Under the pieces are notes generated by a model. The model did not search any database and was not told the DNA's origin. It saw only the letters and a list, made by a program, of their open reading frames with translations. From the NCBI GenBank assembly GCA_963727525.1, contig CAVSGO010000008.1, positions 32,001-96,000 on the forward strand: 64,000 nt of DNA, read 5' to 3'. The stretch comes from an uncultured bacterium (GTDB lineage Bacteria > Krumholzibacteriota > Krumholzibacteriia > LZORAL124-64-63). Positions within the stretch are counted from its first letter, which is position 1. Every line of letters starts with the position of its first letter. This document shows positions 1 to 9,903 of this stretch, one piece after another. The translations under genes were made by a program, and so were the position numbers.

Positions 1-603
1 GAGCAGGTCGGCGGGCCGGGGGTCACGGCAGAGGGCGACGAGGCGGGCGCGCGCTTCGTCGTCCCCGACATCCCATTCGACGTCGGTGGCCATCACGACC
101 GCGGCGCCGGTGGACGGTTCGTCGATGCGATAGGCGGCACAGCCGCCGGGATGGGGCACGGTCGACCAGGTGACGCGCAGGCCGCCGTGGGCCCGCGGCG
201 TGGCGCAGGGCGAGGCAAGGTTCTCGAACGCGACGGTCGCGGCCATGTCCTGCACGCCCACCGGCCAGTACGGTGGGGCGAACAGGCCGCGCACGGCCGC
301 TTCGGCCGTGACCGCCTCCAGCGTGGGCGAAGCGATCGTGAGCCGCGCCGTGGCGTCGAGAAGGGGGGCGAAGGTGCCCAGGCCCAGCAGGTGGTCGAGG
401 TGGAAATGCGTCAGCAGTATGAGCGCATCGACACCGGTGCCAACGCGGCGTCCCACGGAACCCAGACCGCTGCCGCAGTCGATGACGATGATCGACCCAT
501 CGGCGCCGATGACCTGAAGACACGTGGTATCGCCGCCGAAAGGCCCCGCCGCGGGGCCGGTGACGACGGTCGAACCTCGAGTTCCGGCGAGATGGACGCG
601 CAC
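1..603 (-). CDS. MBL-fold metallo-hydrolase (possible cyclic-nucleotide phosphodiesterase/RNase Z-like), 3' end runs off window
   Basis: Manually translated, absent from ORF track: GTG 603 MRVHLAGTRGS...GGDTTC...IDCGSG...LLTHFHLDHLLG (HxHxDH)...HPGG...ATD; AGGGAG RBS upstream. Confidence 0.85.
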   Translation of the reverse strand, partial: MRVHLAGTRGSTVVTGPAAGPFGGDTTCLQVIGADGSIIVIDCGSGLGSVGRRVGTGVDALILLTHFHLDHLLGLGTFAPLLDATARLTIASPTLEAVTAEAAVRGLFAPPYWPVGVQDMAATVAFENLASPCATPRAHGGLRVTWSTVPHPGGCAAYRIDEPSTGAAVVMATDVEWDVGDDEARARLVALCRDPRPADLL

Positions 604-749
604 CGGGGGCTCCCTGGACCTGTTCGGGGACGGCCGGGACGATTTGCCATCGCCCCGACCGGTGCATTGGTATACGATGGGAGCATAGGACAGCCGGGGT
701 GGCGGGGCGATGGGAATTCCTGCCTCCCGAAACGCGGGAGGTCGCAGCC

Positions 750-1052
750 ATGTCCGATCTGGTCGTCATCGCGCGCTTTCGCAGCCGGGTGGAAGCAGAA
801 CTCGCTCGGAGTGTCTTGACCGATGCCGGCGTCGACGCCCTCTTGCAGGCCGACGACGCTGGTGGCATGTACGCGGGCATCGATCTGAGCAGCGGCGGCG
901 CGCGCCTCCTCGTGCGGGAGGACGATGCCGATCTCGCGCTCGAGGCGCTCGAGGCGATCGAGGGCGGCGACGCCGATTCCGACGCCGATCCCGATCCCGA
1001 TGCCGACTCCGACTCCGACTCCGATTCCGATTCCGAGACCGCCGAGCTCTGA
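750..1052 (+). CDS. DUF2007 (putative signal-transducing) protein with acidic Asp-Ser/Pro tail
   Basis: EAELARSVLTDAGV...GGARLLVREDD pattern; GGAGG RBS; tail DADSDADPDPDADSDSDSDSDS. Confidence 0.7.
   Translation: MSDLVVIARFRSRVEAELARSVLTDAGVDALLQADDAGGMYAGIDLSSGGARLLVREDDADLALEALEAIEGGDADSDADPDPDADSDSDSDSDSETAEL
969..1034 (+). repeat. Degenerate hexamer tandem repeat (GAYNCC)n encoding Asp-X dipeptides
   Basis: gacgcc gattcc gacgcc gatccc gatccc gatgcc gactcc x3 gattcc x2. Confidence 0.9.
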
Positions 1053-1054
1053 GC

Positions 1055-3823
1055 ATGGCGCGCACCCCTCCGGGCGCTCCCGATGAACTGATCGCGCGAT
1101 GCCTAGCGCGAAGCGACGTCGCCACGGCATTCTCAGCCCAGATCCAGGATCAGACGGGTCTCGACGGGGCCGAGGCCGCATTTGCGACCCGCGTGCTGCT
1201 GCAGGCGCTCAGAGCACGGCAAAACCGTGAGACGCCGGCAGCGGCGGCGCTCCTCGCTTCCCTCGATCCCAGCCACCGGCACCATGCCGAGCACACGCGG
1301 CGCACGGGCCTGTGGTTGTGCCTGCGTATCGAGACCCATCCCGCGCGCCGGGCCGAACTGGCGGCAAACCTCGGGATCAGCGAGCGGCCGGCGCGTGCGT
1401 GGCAAAAGCTCGCCGACGAGGCGCGCGAGTGGATCGGTGATCTGAGCACGCTCTCGGGCCTGGAGCTGGCGCTGGGCGACTCGGGTCTTGGGTTGCGTCT
1501 GCACGGCGGCACGACATCGTCCCTGCAGGCGGCGCTGCCCAGCCGCTGGTTGCGTCCAGCCAATGCCTTCGTGCCGCTGCTGGGCCGCGAGACCGACCTC
1601 GCGAATCTCGAGTCGGTGCTTGGTACGGACGGCCTCTTCCACTGGGTGGTGGTGCACGGCGACGGCGGTGTTGGCAAGACACGGCTCGCCATGGAGATCG
1701 TGCGCGACCTCGCGCGCAAGGGTTGGGACGCGGGTTTCCTCGGGCCGCCCGATCTGCGGCGGCTGGTGAGCCATCCACGCTTCGACCGCTTCACGCCCGT
1801 GGTGCCCACGCTGATCGTCGTTCGCTATGCGGCCACGCAGGAGGCTGCGATCCAGTCGTTCCTCGCACGCTCCGTGGCCGACGCCGAGGAGCGACGCGAC
1901 CTGGCCGGCGCCCCCCCGCTTCGCTTGCTGCTGCTCGAACGGCACGCGTCGCTGCAGGACGGCTGGCTCGCGCGCCTGCTCGGGCGGCGGCACGTCTCGG
2001 CGAACGAGCCGGTGGCGCGCGCGTTCGGCGGGGCGCATCGCCTGGCCGTACCGTCGCATCCGGATCCCGACCAGGTGATGCTACGCATCCTCGACGCCGC
2101 CACGGGGCACTGGGCAGCCCTCGCCATGGCGAGTGCACCGCCGCGGCCGGCATGGAGCGAGCACCTGCGCACGCAGCTCATTCCCGTGACGGGACGGCGC
2201 CCGCTGCTGGTGCAGCTCGCGGCATTGCGGGCTTGCGAGCTGGGCTGCGACCCGCCGACGTGGACGCGCGCCGACGTGATCGGCGCCGCGGTGGCGCGCG
2301 AGCGGGCCCACTTGCGCTCCCACTGTCCCGATCCTGCCCTCGGCGATGCCGTGGAGCGGGGCGCGGCGTTGCTCTGCCTGTGCGGGGCGCAGTCGCTTGC
2401 GCATCCCACCTGGCGCGCCGTGCTGACGGACGACGTTGTCCGGCTCGGCCTCGACGCTGATCGCGCCGGCGATGTCCAGACCTGTTTGCTCGCGGCTCTC
2501 GGCCGCGCGCCCTTGAGCGATCCGCCCGCGCCGTCGCCCATCACGCCCACGGTGATCGGATCGAGCGTCGCCACCGAGGTGCTTGCGGAATCGTTGCAAT
2601 CGGGACGGGATGCGGTGGCGTCGTTGCTCGAACACTACGCTCTCGACACATGGCCGCGTCTGCTGCGCGCCGCCGAGGATACCGACGGTACCGCGGCCGG
2701 CGCCACGTTGCACGCCTGGATCAGCGACTTCATCACGCTGCGTCCGCGCGAGGAGCTGATCGCCGTCGAGCGGCTGATCCCGGCCGGCGCCCCGAGCCTG
2801 CTCACGGTGCGTATCGGCATCCTCGCGCGCCTCGTGGCCGACCTCGCGCACGACCCCGACGACCCCGAGCGCGCGCGCCTGCTCAATCGCTATGGACACG
2901 CCCTGCTCACCCATGATCGCCGTCACCGCGCCCTCGAGGCCACGCAGGAAGCGGTGGCCATCCAGACACGCCTCGCGGCCGCGACTCCCGAAGAGCACGA
3001 GCCCGATCTGGCGAGCAGTCTCAACAACCTCGGCTACATGCACAGCGCCCTGCTCCAGCGCGAGGAAGCCCTGATGGCCACCCAGCGCGCCGTGGCGATC
3101 CGCGAGCGACTGGCCGACGCCGATCCGGATGCGTACGAGCCCGATCTTGCTGGCAGCCTCAACAATCTCAGCTACATGCACAGCGCGCTCGGCCAGTTCA
3201 CCGAGGCCCTGGTGGCGAGCGAGCGGGCGGTGGCGCTGTGCGAGCGGCTGGCCGCGCGCGATCCCGACGTCTACGAACCCGACCTGGCGATGAGCCTCAC
3301 CAATCTCAGCGTCGATCTCAACGCGCGCGGGCGCTGTGAAGACGCGCTGGTGGCGGCGCAGCGTGCGGTGGCGCTGCAGGAGCGGCTGGTAGGGCGCGAT
3401 CCGGACGCGTTCACGTCGGACCTGGCGAGCAGCCTGAACAACCTGGGCAACGTGCACGCCATGGCGGGGCAGGTGGAGCCGGCGCTGGCCGCGATCGAGC
3501 AGGCCGTCCATCTCTACGAGGACCTCGCTGCCCTCGCACCTGGCACCTACGCGCCCGACCGGGCCACGTGCCTGGGCGCGCTGGGGTCGATCCACCTGCG
3601 CAACCAGGATCCCGCCTCCGCGGCCGAGGCCTTCGCGCTCGGCGTGTCGTCGCTCAAGACGAGCTTCCTGCGCGGTCCCACGTCCTTCATCGACCTCATG
3701 CGCCAGCTCGTGTCCGACTACCTGGCGGCCTGCCATCGCGGCGGTCTGGCGGAGGACGAGAAGCTGCTCGCCTCCATCCGCCCCCTGCTCGAGGAAGCGC
3801 AGGATCGCGCGAGCCTCTCGTGA
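1055..3823 (+). CDS. STAND/NB-ARC-like P-loop protein with C-terminal TPR repeats and N-terminal HTH-like motif
   Basis: LGRETDL, Walker A GDGGVGKT; 46-aa TPR repeats EPDLAxSLNNL (138-nt period); RRAELAANLGISER HTH-like; ATG 2 nt after upstream stop. Confidence 0.8.
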   Translation: MARTPPGAPDELIARCLARSDVATAFSAQIQDQTGLDGAEAAFATRVLLQALRARQNRETPAAAALLASLDPSHRHHAEHTRRTGLWLCLRIETHPARRAELAANLGISERPARAWQKLADEAREWIGDLSTLSGLELALGDSGLGLRLHGGTTSSLQAALPSRWLRPANAFVPLLGRETDLANLESVLGTDGLFHWVVVHGDGGVGKTRLAMEIVRDLARKGWDAGFLGPPDLRRLVSHPRFDRFTPVVPTLIVVRYAATQEAAIQSFLARSVADAEERRDLAGAPPLRLLLLERHASLQDGWLARLLGRRHVSANEPVARAFGGAHRLAVPSHPDPDQVMLRILDAATGHWAALAMASAPPRPAWSEHLRTQLIPVTGRRPLLVQLAALRACELGCDPPTWTRADVIGAAVARERAHLRSHCPDPALGDAVERGAALLCLCGAQSLAHPTWRAVLTDDVVRLGLDADRAGDVQTCLLAALGRAPLSDPPAPSPITPTVIGSSVATEVLAESLQSGRDAVASLLEHYALDTWPRLLRAAEDTDGTAAGATLHAWISDFITLRPREELIAVERLIPAGAPSLLTVRIGILARLVADLAHDPDDPERARLLNRYGHALLTHDRRHRALEATQEAVAIQTRLAAATPEEHEPDLASSLNNLGYMHSALLQREEALMATQRAVAIRERLADADPDAYEPDLAGSLNNLSYMHSALGQFTEALVASERAVALCERLAARDPDVYEPDLAMSLTNLSVDLNARGRCEDALVAAQRAVALQERLVGRDPDAFTSDLASSLNNLGNVHAMAGQVEPALAAIEQAVHLYEDLAALAPGTYAPDRATCLGALGSIHLRNQDPASAAEAFALGVSSLKTSFLRGPTSFIDLMRQLVSDYLAACHRGGLAEDEKLLASIRPLLEEAQDRASLS

Positions 3824-3826
3824 TCA

Positions 3827-5842
3827 CTACTTGGCGGTGAGCATCCACACGCCGCGGAACGCGGGGTCGGCCGTGAGCTGCGCGGCGAGCGCGGCGGCGG
3901 CCGGGTCGTCGGGCGCGCCGGCGAGCGCGGCGAGGGCCGCATCGCGCCGACCCTCGCGGCAGAGCTGCAGGGCTTGACGGTGCATCGTCCAGGCTGCCGG
4001 CTCCGGATCGCCCGCCAGTCCGACCAGCTCGCACACGACGACAGGCTCGCGGCGCCCCACCACGACCACGGCGCCCAGTTCGCGCGCACACACCGCGTTG
4101 CCGGCGAGGTCGCGCGTGGCGCGGGAGATCAGTGTCTCGGTGCCGAGGATCTTGTTCACACCCTCGAGGCGACTCGCAAGGTTCACCGCGTCGCCCAGCA
4201 CCGAGTAGTCGAAACGCTGCTGTGAGCCGAGGTTGCCCACCACCGCCTCGCCGGTGTGGATGCCGATGCGCGTGCGCAGAATACAGCCGTAGCGGGCTTG
4301 CCAGTCTTCGCGCCGGCGCGCCAGCTCGCGCTGGCCGAGCACCGCCGCCTCGCAGGCGCGCGTGGCGTGGTCGGGCACGTCGAGAGGTGCATTCCAGAAG
4401 GCGATGATGGCGTCGCCCTCGTACTTGTCGAGGGTGCCGCCGGCGGCGAGGATGATGTCGGTCATCGCCGTGAGGTACTCGTTGAGCAGGGCCGTGAGGT
4501 GCTCGGCGTCGAGCTTCTCGCCGATCGATGTGAACCCCGCAAGATCGCTGAAGAAGATGGTGAGCGTGCGCCGCTCGCCGCCCAGACGGAGCTGGCCGGG
4601 ATCGGCCACGAGCCGCTCGATGACATCGGGGCTGAGGTAGTGGCGGAAGGCCTGCTTCAGGAACCGCCGTTGCCGTCCTTCCGTCGCGTAGTTCACGGCG
4701 AGACCCGCGACCAGTCCCCCCGCCGCACTCAGCTCGCCCGGCACCAGGGGCCACCACCAACCGGCGCCGTAGGCCAGCAGGGCGCCCAGGGCGGGCAGGG
4801 GCAGCAGGATGGCGGCCGCCGCCATCACGTGACGCGGACGGCTCCCTGCCGCGAGCGCGAGTCCGGCCACGGCGCCGAACAGCGCGATGACCAGGGCAGA
4901 CGGCAGCCGCGGGGCGTCGCGCATGAACCGGCCCGAGATCAGATCATCCAGGGCCGTGGCGTGCAGCAGCACGCCGGGCGACACCGCTTGCACCGGCGTG
5001 GGCCGCTGGTCCATGAGCGCGGGGGCGGACACGCCGAACAGCACCGTGCGGCCGCTCAGCGTCGCCGGATCCAGCGTGGGCGTCGCGTCCTCGCCGAGCT
5101 GGATGGCCGACTGGATCACGGCTGCGGCGCTGTAGGCGGGGTAGGTGCCTGGAGGCGAGAAGCCGAGCAGTGCGCGGCCGTGGCGGTCGAGGGGCACACG
5201 GCTGCCCGCGGCCTCCAGCATGCGCGTCTGCACGCGCACCGTGCCGCCGCGCTCCAGCAGGAATGCCGCCAGCGCGAGGGAGGGCAGCGGCGCGCCGTCG
5301 AGGGGCACGGTGAGTCGCGCGCGGCGGAATACGCCGTCACCGTCCGGCGCGTCGGCCACGTTGCCGAGCCGCGCCGCCGCCTGCGCGATTGCCGGCACCG
5401 GCCGCGTGACGCGCGCGCTGTCGCCCGGAGCCGCACCGGGTTGCACCGGCATGGCCACCACGCAGTCGGGCTGCTCGGCCATGGTCGCGGCCAGTGTCGC
5501 GTCGTCCTCCACCCCGTAGAGCGATGTCTCGGTGAACAGCATATCGAAGGCGATGGCCCGCGCGCCGGCGGCGCGGCAGAAGCCGATCACCGCCGTGTAC
5601 ACCTCGCGCGGCCAGGGCCACGACCAGCCGTTCACCTCCTCGGCCCAGTCGAGGCTGGGCTGGTCGATGAGGACGATGGCCAGGGAGTCGGCCGCCGCCG
5701 ACGGCTTCGCGAGCAGGCGCACACGCGCGTCCCAGGTGGCCGCTTCCCAGCGGTCGAAGGCGCCACCCAGCCACAGACCGGCGGCGGCGAGGCCCACGAG
5801 CAGGCCCGCGACGGCGCCGGTCAGGTGGCGGCCGGCGCGCAC
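3827..5842 (-). CDS. CHASE2-domain class III adenylate cyclase
   Basis: WPWPR, AFDMLF, PGVLLHA (CHASE2); TM helices; FFSDLAGFT, DKYEGDA, DYSVLGDAVNLASRLE. Confidence 0.93.
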   Translation of the reverse strand: MRAGRHLTGAVAGLLVGLAAAGLWLGGAFDRWEAATWDARVRLLAKPSAAADSLAIVLIDQPSLDWAEEVNGWSWPWPREVYTAVIGFCRAAGARAIAFDMLFTETSLYGVEDDATLAATMAEQPDCVVAMPVQPGAAPGDSARVTRPVPAIAQAAARLGNVADAPDGDGVFRRARLTVPLDGAPLPSLALAAFLLERGGTVRVQTRMLEAAGSRVPLDRHGRALLGFSPPGTYPAYSAAAVIQSAIQLGEDATPTLDPATLSGRTVLFGVSAPALMDQRPTPVQAVSPGVLLHATALDDLISGRFMRDAPRLPSALVIALFGAVAGLALAAGSRPRHVMAAAAILLPLPALGALLAYGAGWWWPLVPGELSAAGGLVAGLAVNYATEGRQRRFLKQAFRHYLSPDVIERLVADPGQLRLGGERRTLTIFFSDLAGFTSIGEKLDAEHLTALLNEYLTAMTDIILAAGGTLDKYEGDAIIAFWNAPLDVPDHATRACEAAVLGQRELARRREDWQARYGCILRTRIGIHTGEAVVGNLGSQQRFDYSVLGDAVNLASRLEGVNKILGTETLISRATRDLAGNAVCARELGAVVVVGRREPVVVCELVGLAGDPEPAAWTMHRQALQLCREGRRDAALAALAGAPDDPAAAALAAQLTADPAFRGVWMLTAK

Positions 5843-5843
5843 G

Positions 5844-6749
5844 CTAGATCACCTTGCCCAGGGCGGCCGTGAAGCGCTCTGCCCGTGGCGCCGGCTCCAC
5901 CACGGGGCCGTAGCCTGCCAGCCCTGGCGTCACGTCCTTCAGACGGTCCGCCGGCGACGGGTGGGTACGCGCGAATCCCGGTCCCGTGGGGTTCCAGTGC
6001 GTCTGCATGGTCTCGAGCATGTCCTCGAGGCCGCGCGGGTTGTAGCCCACGCGCTCCAGGATGGTGGCCGATGCGGCGTCGGCCTCGCGCTCGAGGTCGC
6101 GGCTGTAGCCGTTGACCACGAGCGTCTGCGTGATGTCCTGCACGCTGCCCTCGAGATCCTTGGCGAGCTTGGCCAGCTTCTCGCCGCCCAGATTCTGCGC
6201 GCCCTCGCTGGCGATGATGGTGAGCGCATTCGTCAGACGGCTCTTCTTGATCGCGCGCAACCCGTGCTTGCCCTCCACGTGACCGATCTCGTGGGCGAGC
6301 ACGGCGGCCAGCGCGTCCTCGCCGTCGCAGCAGCGCACCAGGCCGCGTGTCACCAGGACGAGGCCGCCGGGGCAGGCGAAGGCGTTGATCTCGTCGCTGT
6401 CCAGCAGCAGGAAGTGGTAACCGCCGTAGGTCTCGGGCCGGTCGCTCGCCAGGGCGAGAGTCTGGCCCACGCGGTTCAGGTAAGCGTTGGCGGCGCCATC
6501 GTCGAGAGGCTTGTAGGTGGCCAGCAGCGTGGCCGCCACCGCCCTGCCGATGTAGTACTCCTGCTCGGGCGTGATGTCCTTGAAGGTCATCTCCACCGCC
6601 GTCACCGTGCGGTTGATGGAGCCGGCCTGAGCCTCGTTGATCACGCCCTGGTCCTGTGCCACCTGCGTGGCGACCTGGGAGACCTGCGAGCACCCGGCGG
6701 CAAGTACGACCGCGGCGGCGGCGAGGAGGGCGAGGTGGCGCGTCGTCAT
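5844..6749 (-). CDS. M48 family metallopeptidase, lipoprotein
   Basis: Lipobox LAAGC; INAFACPGG, LAHEIGH, EREAD, THP. Confidence 0.9.
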   Translation of the reverse strand: MTTRHLALLAAAAVVLAAGCSQVSQVATQVAQDQGVINEAQAGSINRTVTAVEMTFKDITPEQEYYIGRAVAATLLATYKPLDDGAANAYLNRVGQTLALASDRPETYGGYHFLLLDSDEINAFACPGGLVLVTRGLVRCCDGEDALAAVLAHEIGHVEGKHGLRAIKKSRLTNALTIIASEGAQNLGGEKLAKLAKDLEGSVQDITQTLVVNGYSRDLEREADAASATILERVGYNPRGLEDMLETMQTHWNPTGPGFARTHPSPADRLKDVTPGLAGYGPVVEPAPRAERFTAALGKVI

Positions 6750-7228
6750 GGCCGGGCCCCCTCGCGCGGGGTGATGCCACCGGCGGCGAGGAAGGCTTCG
6801 CTCTGCTGCGGCGTCACTGTCCAGCTCTCCATGCGGTCGACCCACGTGTAGTCGAGGTCGGTCTCCTTCTTGTATTCCTTCTCGACGTCGGCGGTGAAGC
6901 CCTTGCCCGCCAGGGCCAGCTCGTCGCTGCTGGCGCCGGTGGCCACCTGCTTGTCGCCTGCCTGCATCGTCACCTTCTTCTGACCCAGGGCCGAGCTGTG
7001 CAGCCAGCCATCGTGGCCCTGCGCATCACGCACGTGGAGCCACACGCCCTTGTCCTCGATTACCGTCACCAGCGCGCCGTAGGCCAGGGTCGCCGTGGTC
7101 GCCCCCAGGAACGACGGCTTCGCGCGCAGCTTCGTCTCCTTCACCTGCACGGTCATCTGCTGCGCCGCCCAGGCCGCGACGGCCAGGCCCAGAATCAGCA
7201 CCAGCACCGGCCAACCTTTCATTCGCAT
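6746..7228 (-). CDS. Secreted SH3-domain protein
   Basis: Signal peptide; LRAKPS...WLHVR...GWLH SH3b pattern; overlaps M48 start. Confidence 0.75.
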   Translation of the reverse strand: MRMKGWPVLVLILGLAVAAWAAQQMTVQVKETKLRAKPSFLGATTATLAYGALVTVIEDKGVWLHVRDAQGHDGWLHSSALGQKKVTMQAGDKQVATGASSDELALAGKGFTADVEKEYKKETDLDYTWVDRMESWTVTPQQSEAFLAAGGITPREGARP

Positions 7229-7319
7229 GCTGTCTCCTTATCTTGGTGTTCCGTCTCCACAGATCCGGCGCATCATAGCCGATCGGCACGGGGCGGGGAA
7301 GAGCCAGCGGAGGTGTACC

Positions 7320-8216
7320 GTGACCGAGGTGCCGCACAAGATCCTGGCCGGGGGGCGGCCCTTCACCCGCCCCTGGCTGACCGACCTGCTCTGGGTGGCC
7401 GTGGGCGCCGCGATCCTGGCCACCGGCTACGTGCTCTTCATCATCCCGTACGACATCGTGCCCGGCGGCGTGATCGGGCTCAGCCAGGTACTCAACCGGT
7501 TGCTGGGTACGCCCATCGGCCTCACGGCGCTCGCCATCAACATCCCCGTCCTGCTGCTGGCCACGCGTCTGATGGGACGCGTATACGGGGTGCGCACGGT
7601 GCTGGCCATGATCCTGACGTCGGTGTTCATCGACTCGCTGCTGGGCGTGTATGGCCGCCACGCGCTGACGCACGACCGCCTCGTGTCGACCATCTTCGGC
7701 GGCGTGCTCATCGGCGTGGGTATCGCCTTGATCATCCGCGGCAAGGGCAACGCGGGGGGCACGGCGCTGGCGGGGCAGCTCCTCTCGCGCGTGGCGCGCA
7801 TCCCCGTGGGCCGCGCCATGCTCTTCATCGACGCCGGCGTGGTGCTCACCAGCATCCTCGCGTTCCGCGACCTCGACCTGGCGCCATACGCCCTCATCGC
7901 CATCTGGGTGATCAGCCGCACGGTGGATGCGGTGCTCACCGGTCTGGACGCCAGCAAGGCCCTCATCATCATCTCCGAGAATCACGAGCAGATCCGCGAC
8001 GCGATCCTGCACGGCCTCGACCGCGGTGGTACTTATCTGCTGGGTCGGGGTCTGTTCGAGCCCGAGCGCGAGCGGCGCATCATCTTCAGCGCGCTGAGCC
8101 CACGCGAGTCGGTGGCCTTGCAGCGGCGCGTGAAGGAGATCGATCCCGACGCCTTCCTCATGGTCTTCGACGTACGCGAGGTCATCGGGCAGGGCTTCAA
8201 GCCGTGGACGAACTAG
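7320..8216 (+). CDS. YitT family membrane protein
   Basis: PGGVIG, NIP, GNAGG, RGGTYL..GxG, IDPDAF; GTG start after GGAGG. Confidence 0.9.
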   Translation: MTEVPHKILAGGRPFTRPWLTDLLWVAVGAAILATGYVLFIIPYDIVPGGVIGLSQVLNRLLGTPIGLTALAINIPVLLLATRLMGRVYGVRTVLAMILTSVFIDSLLGVYGRHALTHDRLVSTIFGGVLIGVGIALIIRGKGNAGGTALAGQLLSRVARIPVGRAMLFIDAGVVLTSILAFRDLDLAPYALIAIWVISRTVDAVLTGLDASKALIIISENHEQIRDAILHGLDRGGTYLLGRGLFEPERERRIIFSALSPRESVALQRRVKEIDPDAFLMVFDVREVIGQGFKPWTN

Positions 8217-8259
8217 CCCGGAAACGGATATGATCCGTGCCAGGGGCGAAAGGACTGCC

Positions 8260-8952
8260 TTGAGCAAGACCCTGAAACAACGCTTCGGCCCGGCCACCCA
8301 GCCGGCCATCCCGTTCTATGTGGCCCTGGCCGGCAACATCGGCGTGGGCAAGAGCATGCTCACGCGCCTGGTGGGCGAGACCTGCGGCTGGAGGATGCAC
8401 TTCGAGCCGGTGATCAACAACCCGTACCTCGACGACTTCTACGCCGACATGCGCCGCTGGTCGTTCCACCTGCAGGTGTACTTCCTGAGCCAGCGCTTCA
8501 CCGTGCAGAAGGACATCATGGACCACGGCGGCTCCGCCGTGCAGGACCGCACCATCTACGAGGACGTGGAGATCTTCGCCCCCACCCTCCACCGCCGCGG
8601 CTGCATGGATCTGCGCGACTACGAGAACTACCGCGACGTCTTCGAGAGCATGACGGCCTTCCTGCAGCGGCCCGACCTCATCCTGTACCTCTGGAGTCGC
8701 CCGGAGACCACCCTCGAGCGCATCCGGCAGCGCGGCCGTGCCTGCGAGAGCGAGATTCCCCTGGAATACCTACAGGACCTCCACGCTGCCTACGAGGACT
8801 GGGCCGAGCGCGCCCCGGCTCTCTGCGCCGTGGAACGGATCGATACCGAGGTCCTGAATCTGCACTCGGATCCCGAAGCGCAGGCCCACCTGCTGTCGCT
8901 CATCGCGGAGCACCACCGGGAGAAGGCCGCACGCAATGGGATGACGACATGA
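8260..8952 (+). CDS. Deoxynucleoside kinase
   Basis: GNIGVGKS, NPYLDDFY, QDRTIYED, RIRQRGR; start may be 8230. Confidence 0.92.
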   Translation: MSKTLKQRFGPATQPAIPFYVALAGNIGVGKSMLTRLVGETCGWRMHFEPVINNPYLDDFYADMRRWSFHLQVYFLSQRFTVQKDIMDHGGSAVQDRTIYEDVEIFAPTLHRRGCMDLRDYENYRDVFESMTAFLQRPDLILYLWSRPETTLERIRQRGRACESEIPLEYLQDLHAAYEDWAERAPALCAVERIDTEVLNLHSDPEAQAHLLSLIAEHHREKAARNGMTT

Positions 8953-9818
8953 GCGACCGCCTCGATCTGCTCGCGCCCTCGTTCCGCGCGCGCGTGGCCG
9001 CGGCCGTCGACGCGCTGCGGTCTCGCGGTTGTGCTGGCCGCGCGGGCATGGTGCTGGGCTCCGGCCTCGGCAACGTGGCCGACGCGGTCGAGGGCGGTGG
9101 CGCCGTGAACTATGGCGAACTGCCGGGCTTCCCGGCACCCACGGTGGCCGGCCACGGCGGGCGCGTGGTGTGGGGCACGATCGACGGTGTGTCCGTGGTG
9201 GTGTTGCAGGGCCGGCTGCATCCGTACGAGGGATTGCCGTGGGAGGTGCTGCTGCTGCCCTCAGCCACCCTCGCGTGTCTCGATCTCTCCGTGGTGTTGC
9301 TGACCAACGCGGCCGGTGGATTGAACCTCTACTACCAACCCGGCGATCTGATGGTGATCCGCGACCACGTCGACCTGCACTTCCACGACCCGCTGCGCGG
9401 ACTCCTCGCCGATCCCTGGCGGGGTGGCGCGTTCGCCGTGGGGCGCCACCCGGGCTTTGCGCCGCTGTACGACCCGGAACTTTCCCGCGGACTGGTCGAG
9501 GCGGCAGCCGCCGCCGGCATCGCCGTGCACAGCGGTGTGTACGCCAGCATGTGGGGCCCGACCTACGAGGCGCGGGCCGAGATCGGCGTGCTGCGGCGGC
9601 TGGCGGCCGATGCGGTGGGGATGTCGACGGCGCCCGAGGCGGTGCTGCTGCGCGCACTCGGCGTGTCGGTGGTGGGGTTGAGCTGCATCACGAATCCGGC
9701 GCACGAGACGGGGCAGGCGCCACTGTCGCACCAGGAAGTGATCGACACCGGGCTGCTGGTGCGGGATCGCATGGCGGAGGTGCTGCGGGGGTTTCTGGGG
9801 AGCGTGGGGCGGAAGTGA
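8949..9818 (+). CDS. punA: Purine-nucleoside phosphorylase (trimeric type)
   Basis: LGSGLG, GHGG, GRLHPYEG, TNAAGG, GPTYE, AVGMSTAPE, ITN. Confidence 0.9.
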   Translation: MSDRLDLLAPSFRARVAAAVDALRSRGCAGRAGMVLGSGLGNVADAVEGGGAVNYGELPGFPAPTVAGHGGRVVWGTIDGVSVVVLQGRLHPYEGLPWEVLLLPSATLACLDLSVVLLTNAAGGLNLYYQPGDLMVIRDHVDLHFHDPLRGLLADPWRGGAFAVGRHPGFAPLYDPELSRGLVEAAAAAGIAVHSGVYASMWGPTYEARAEIGVLRRLAADAVGMSTAPEAVLLRALGVSVVGLSCITNPAHETGQAPLSHQEVIDTGLLVRDRMAEVLRGFLGSVGRK

Positions 9819-9903
9819 GGTCGGCCACGCGCTTTTTATCGTGTGATTTGAAACATGCCACGAAGAATGTTGACGGGTCCAGCGCTTGCCTGGGCCCGTC
9901 TTC

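Noticed and set aside
2990-3450. 138-nt periodic DNA repeats as possible CRISPR or DGR repeats
   Set aside because: Explained by in-frame TPR coding repeats; no spacers, cas or reverse transcriptase genes in the window
6925-6960. TGAS in the SH3 protein as an ApbE flavinylation motif
   Set aside because: Lacks Asp at the -3 position (QVATGAS) and is about 52 kb from apbE
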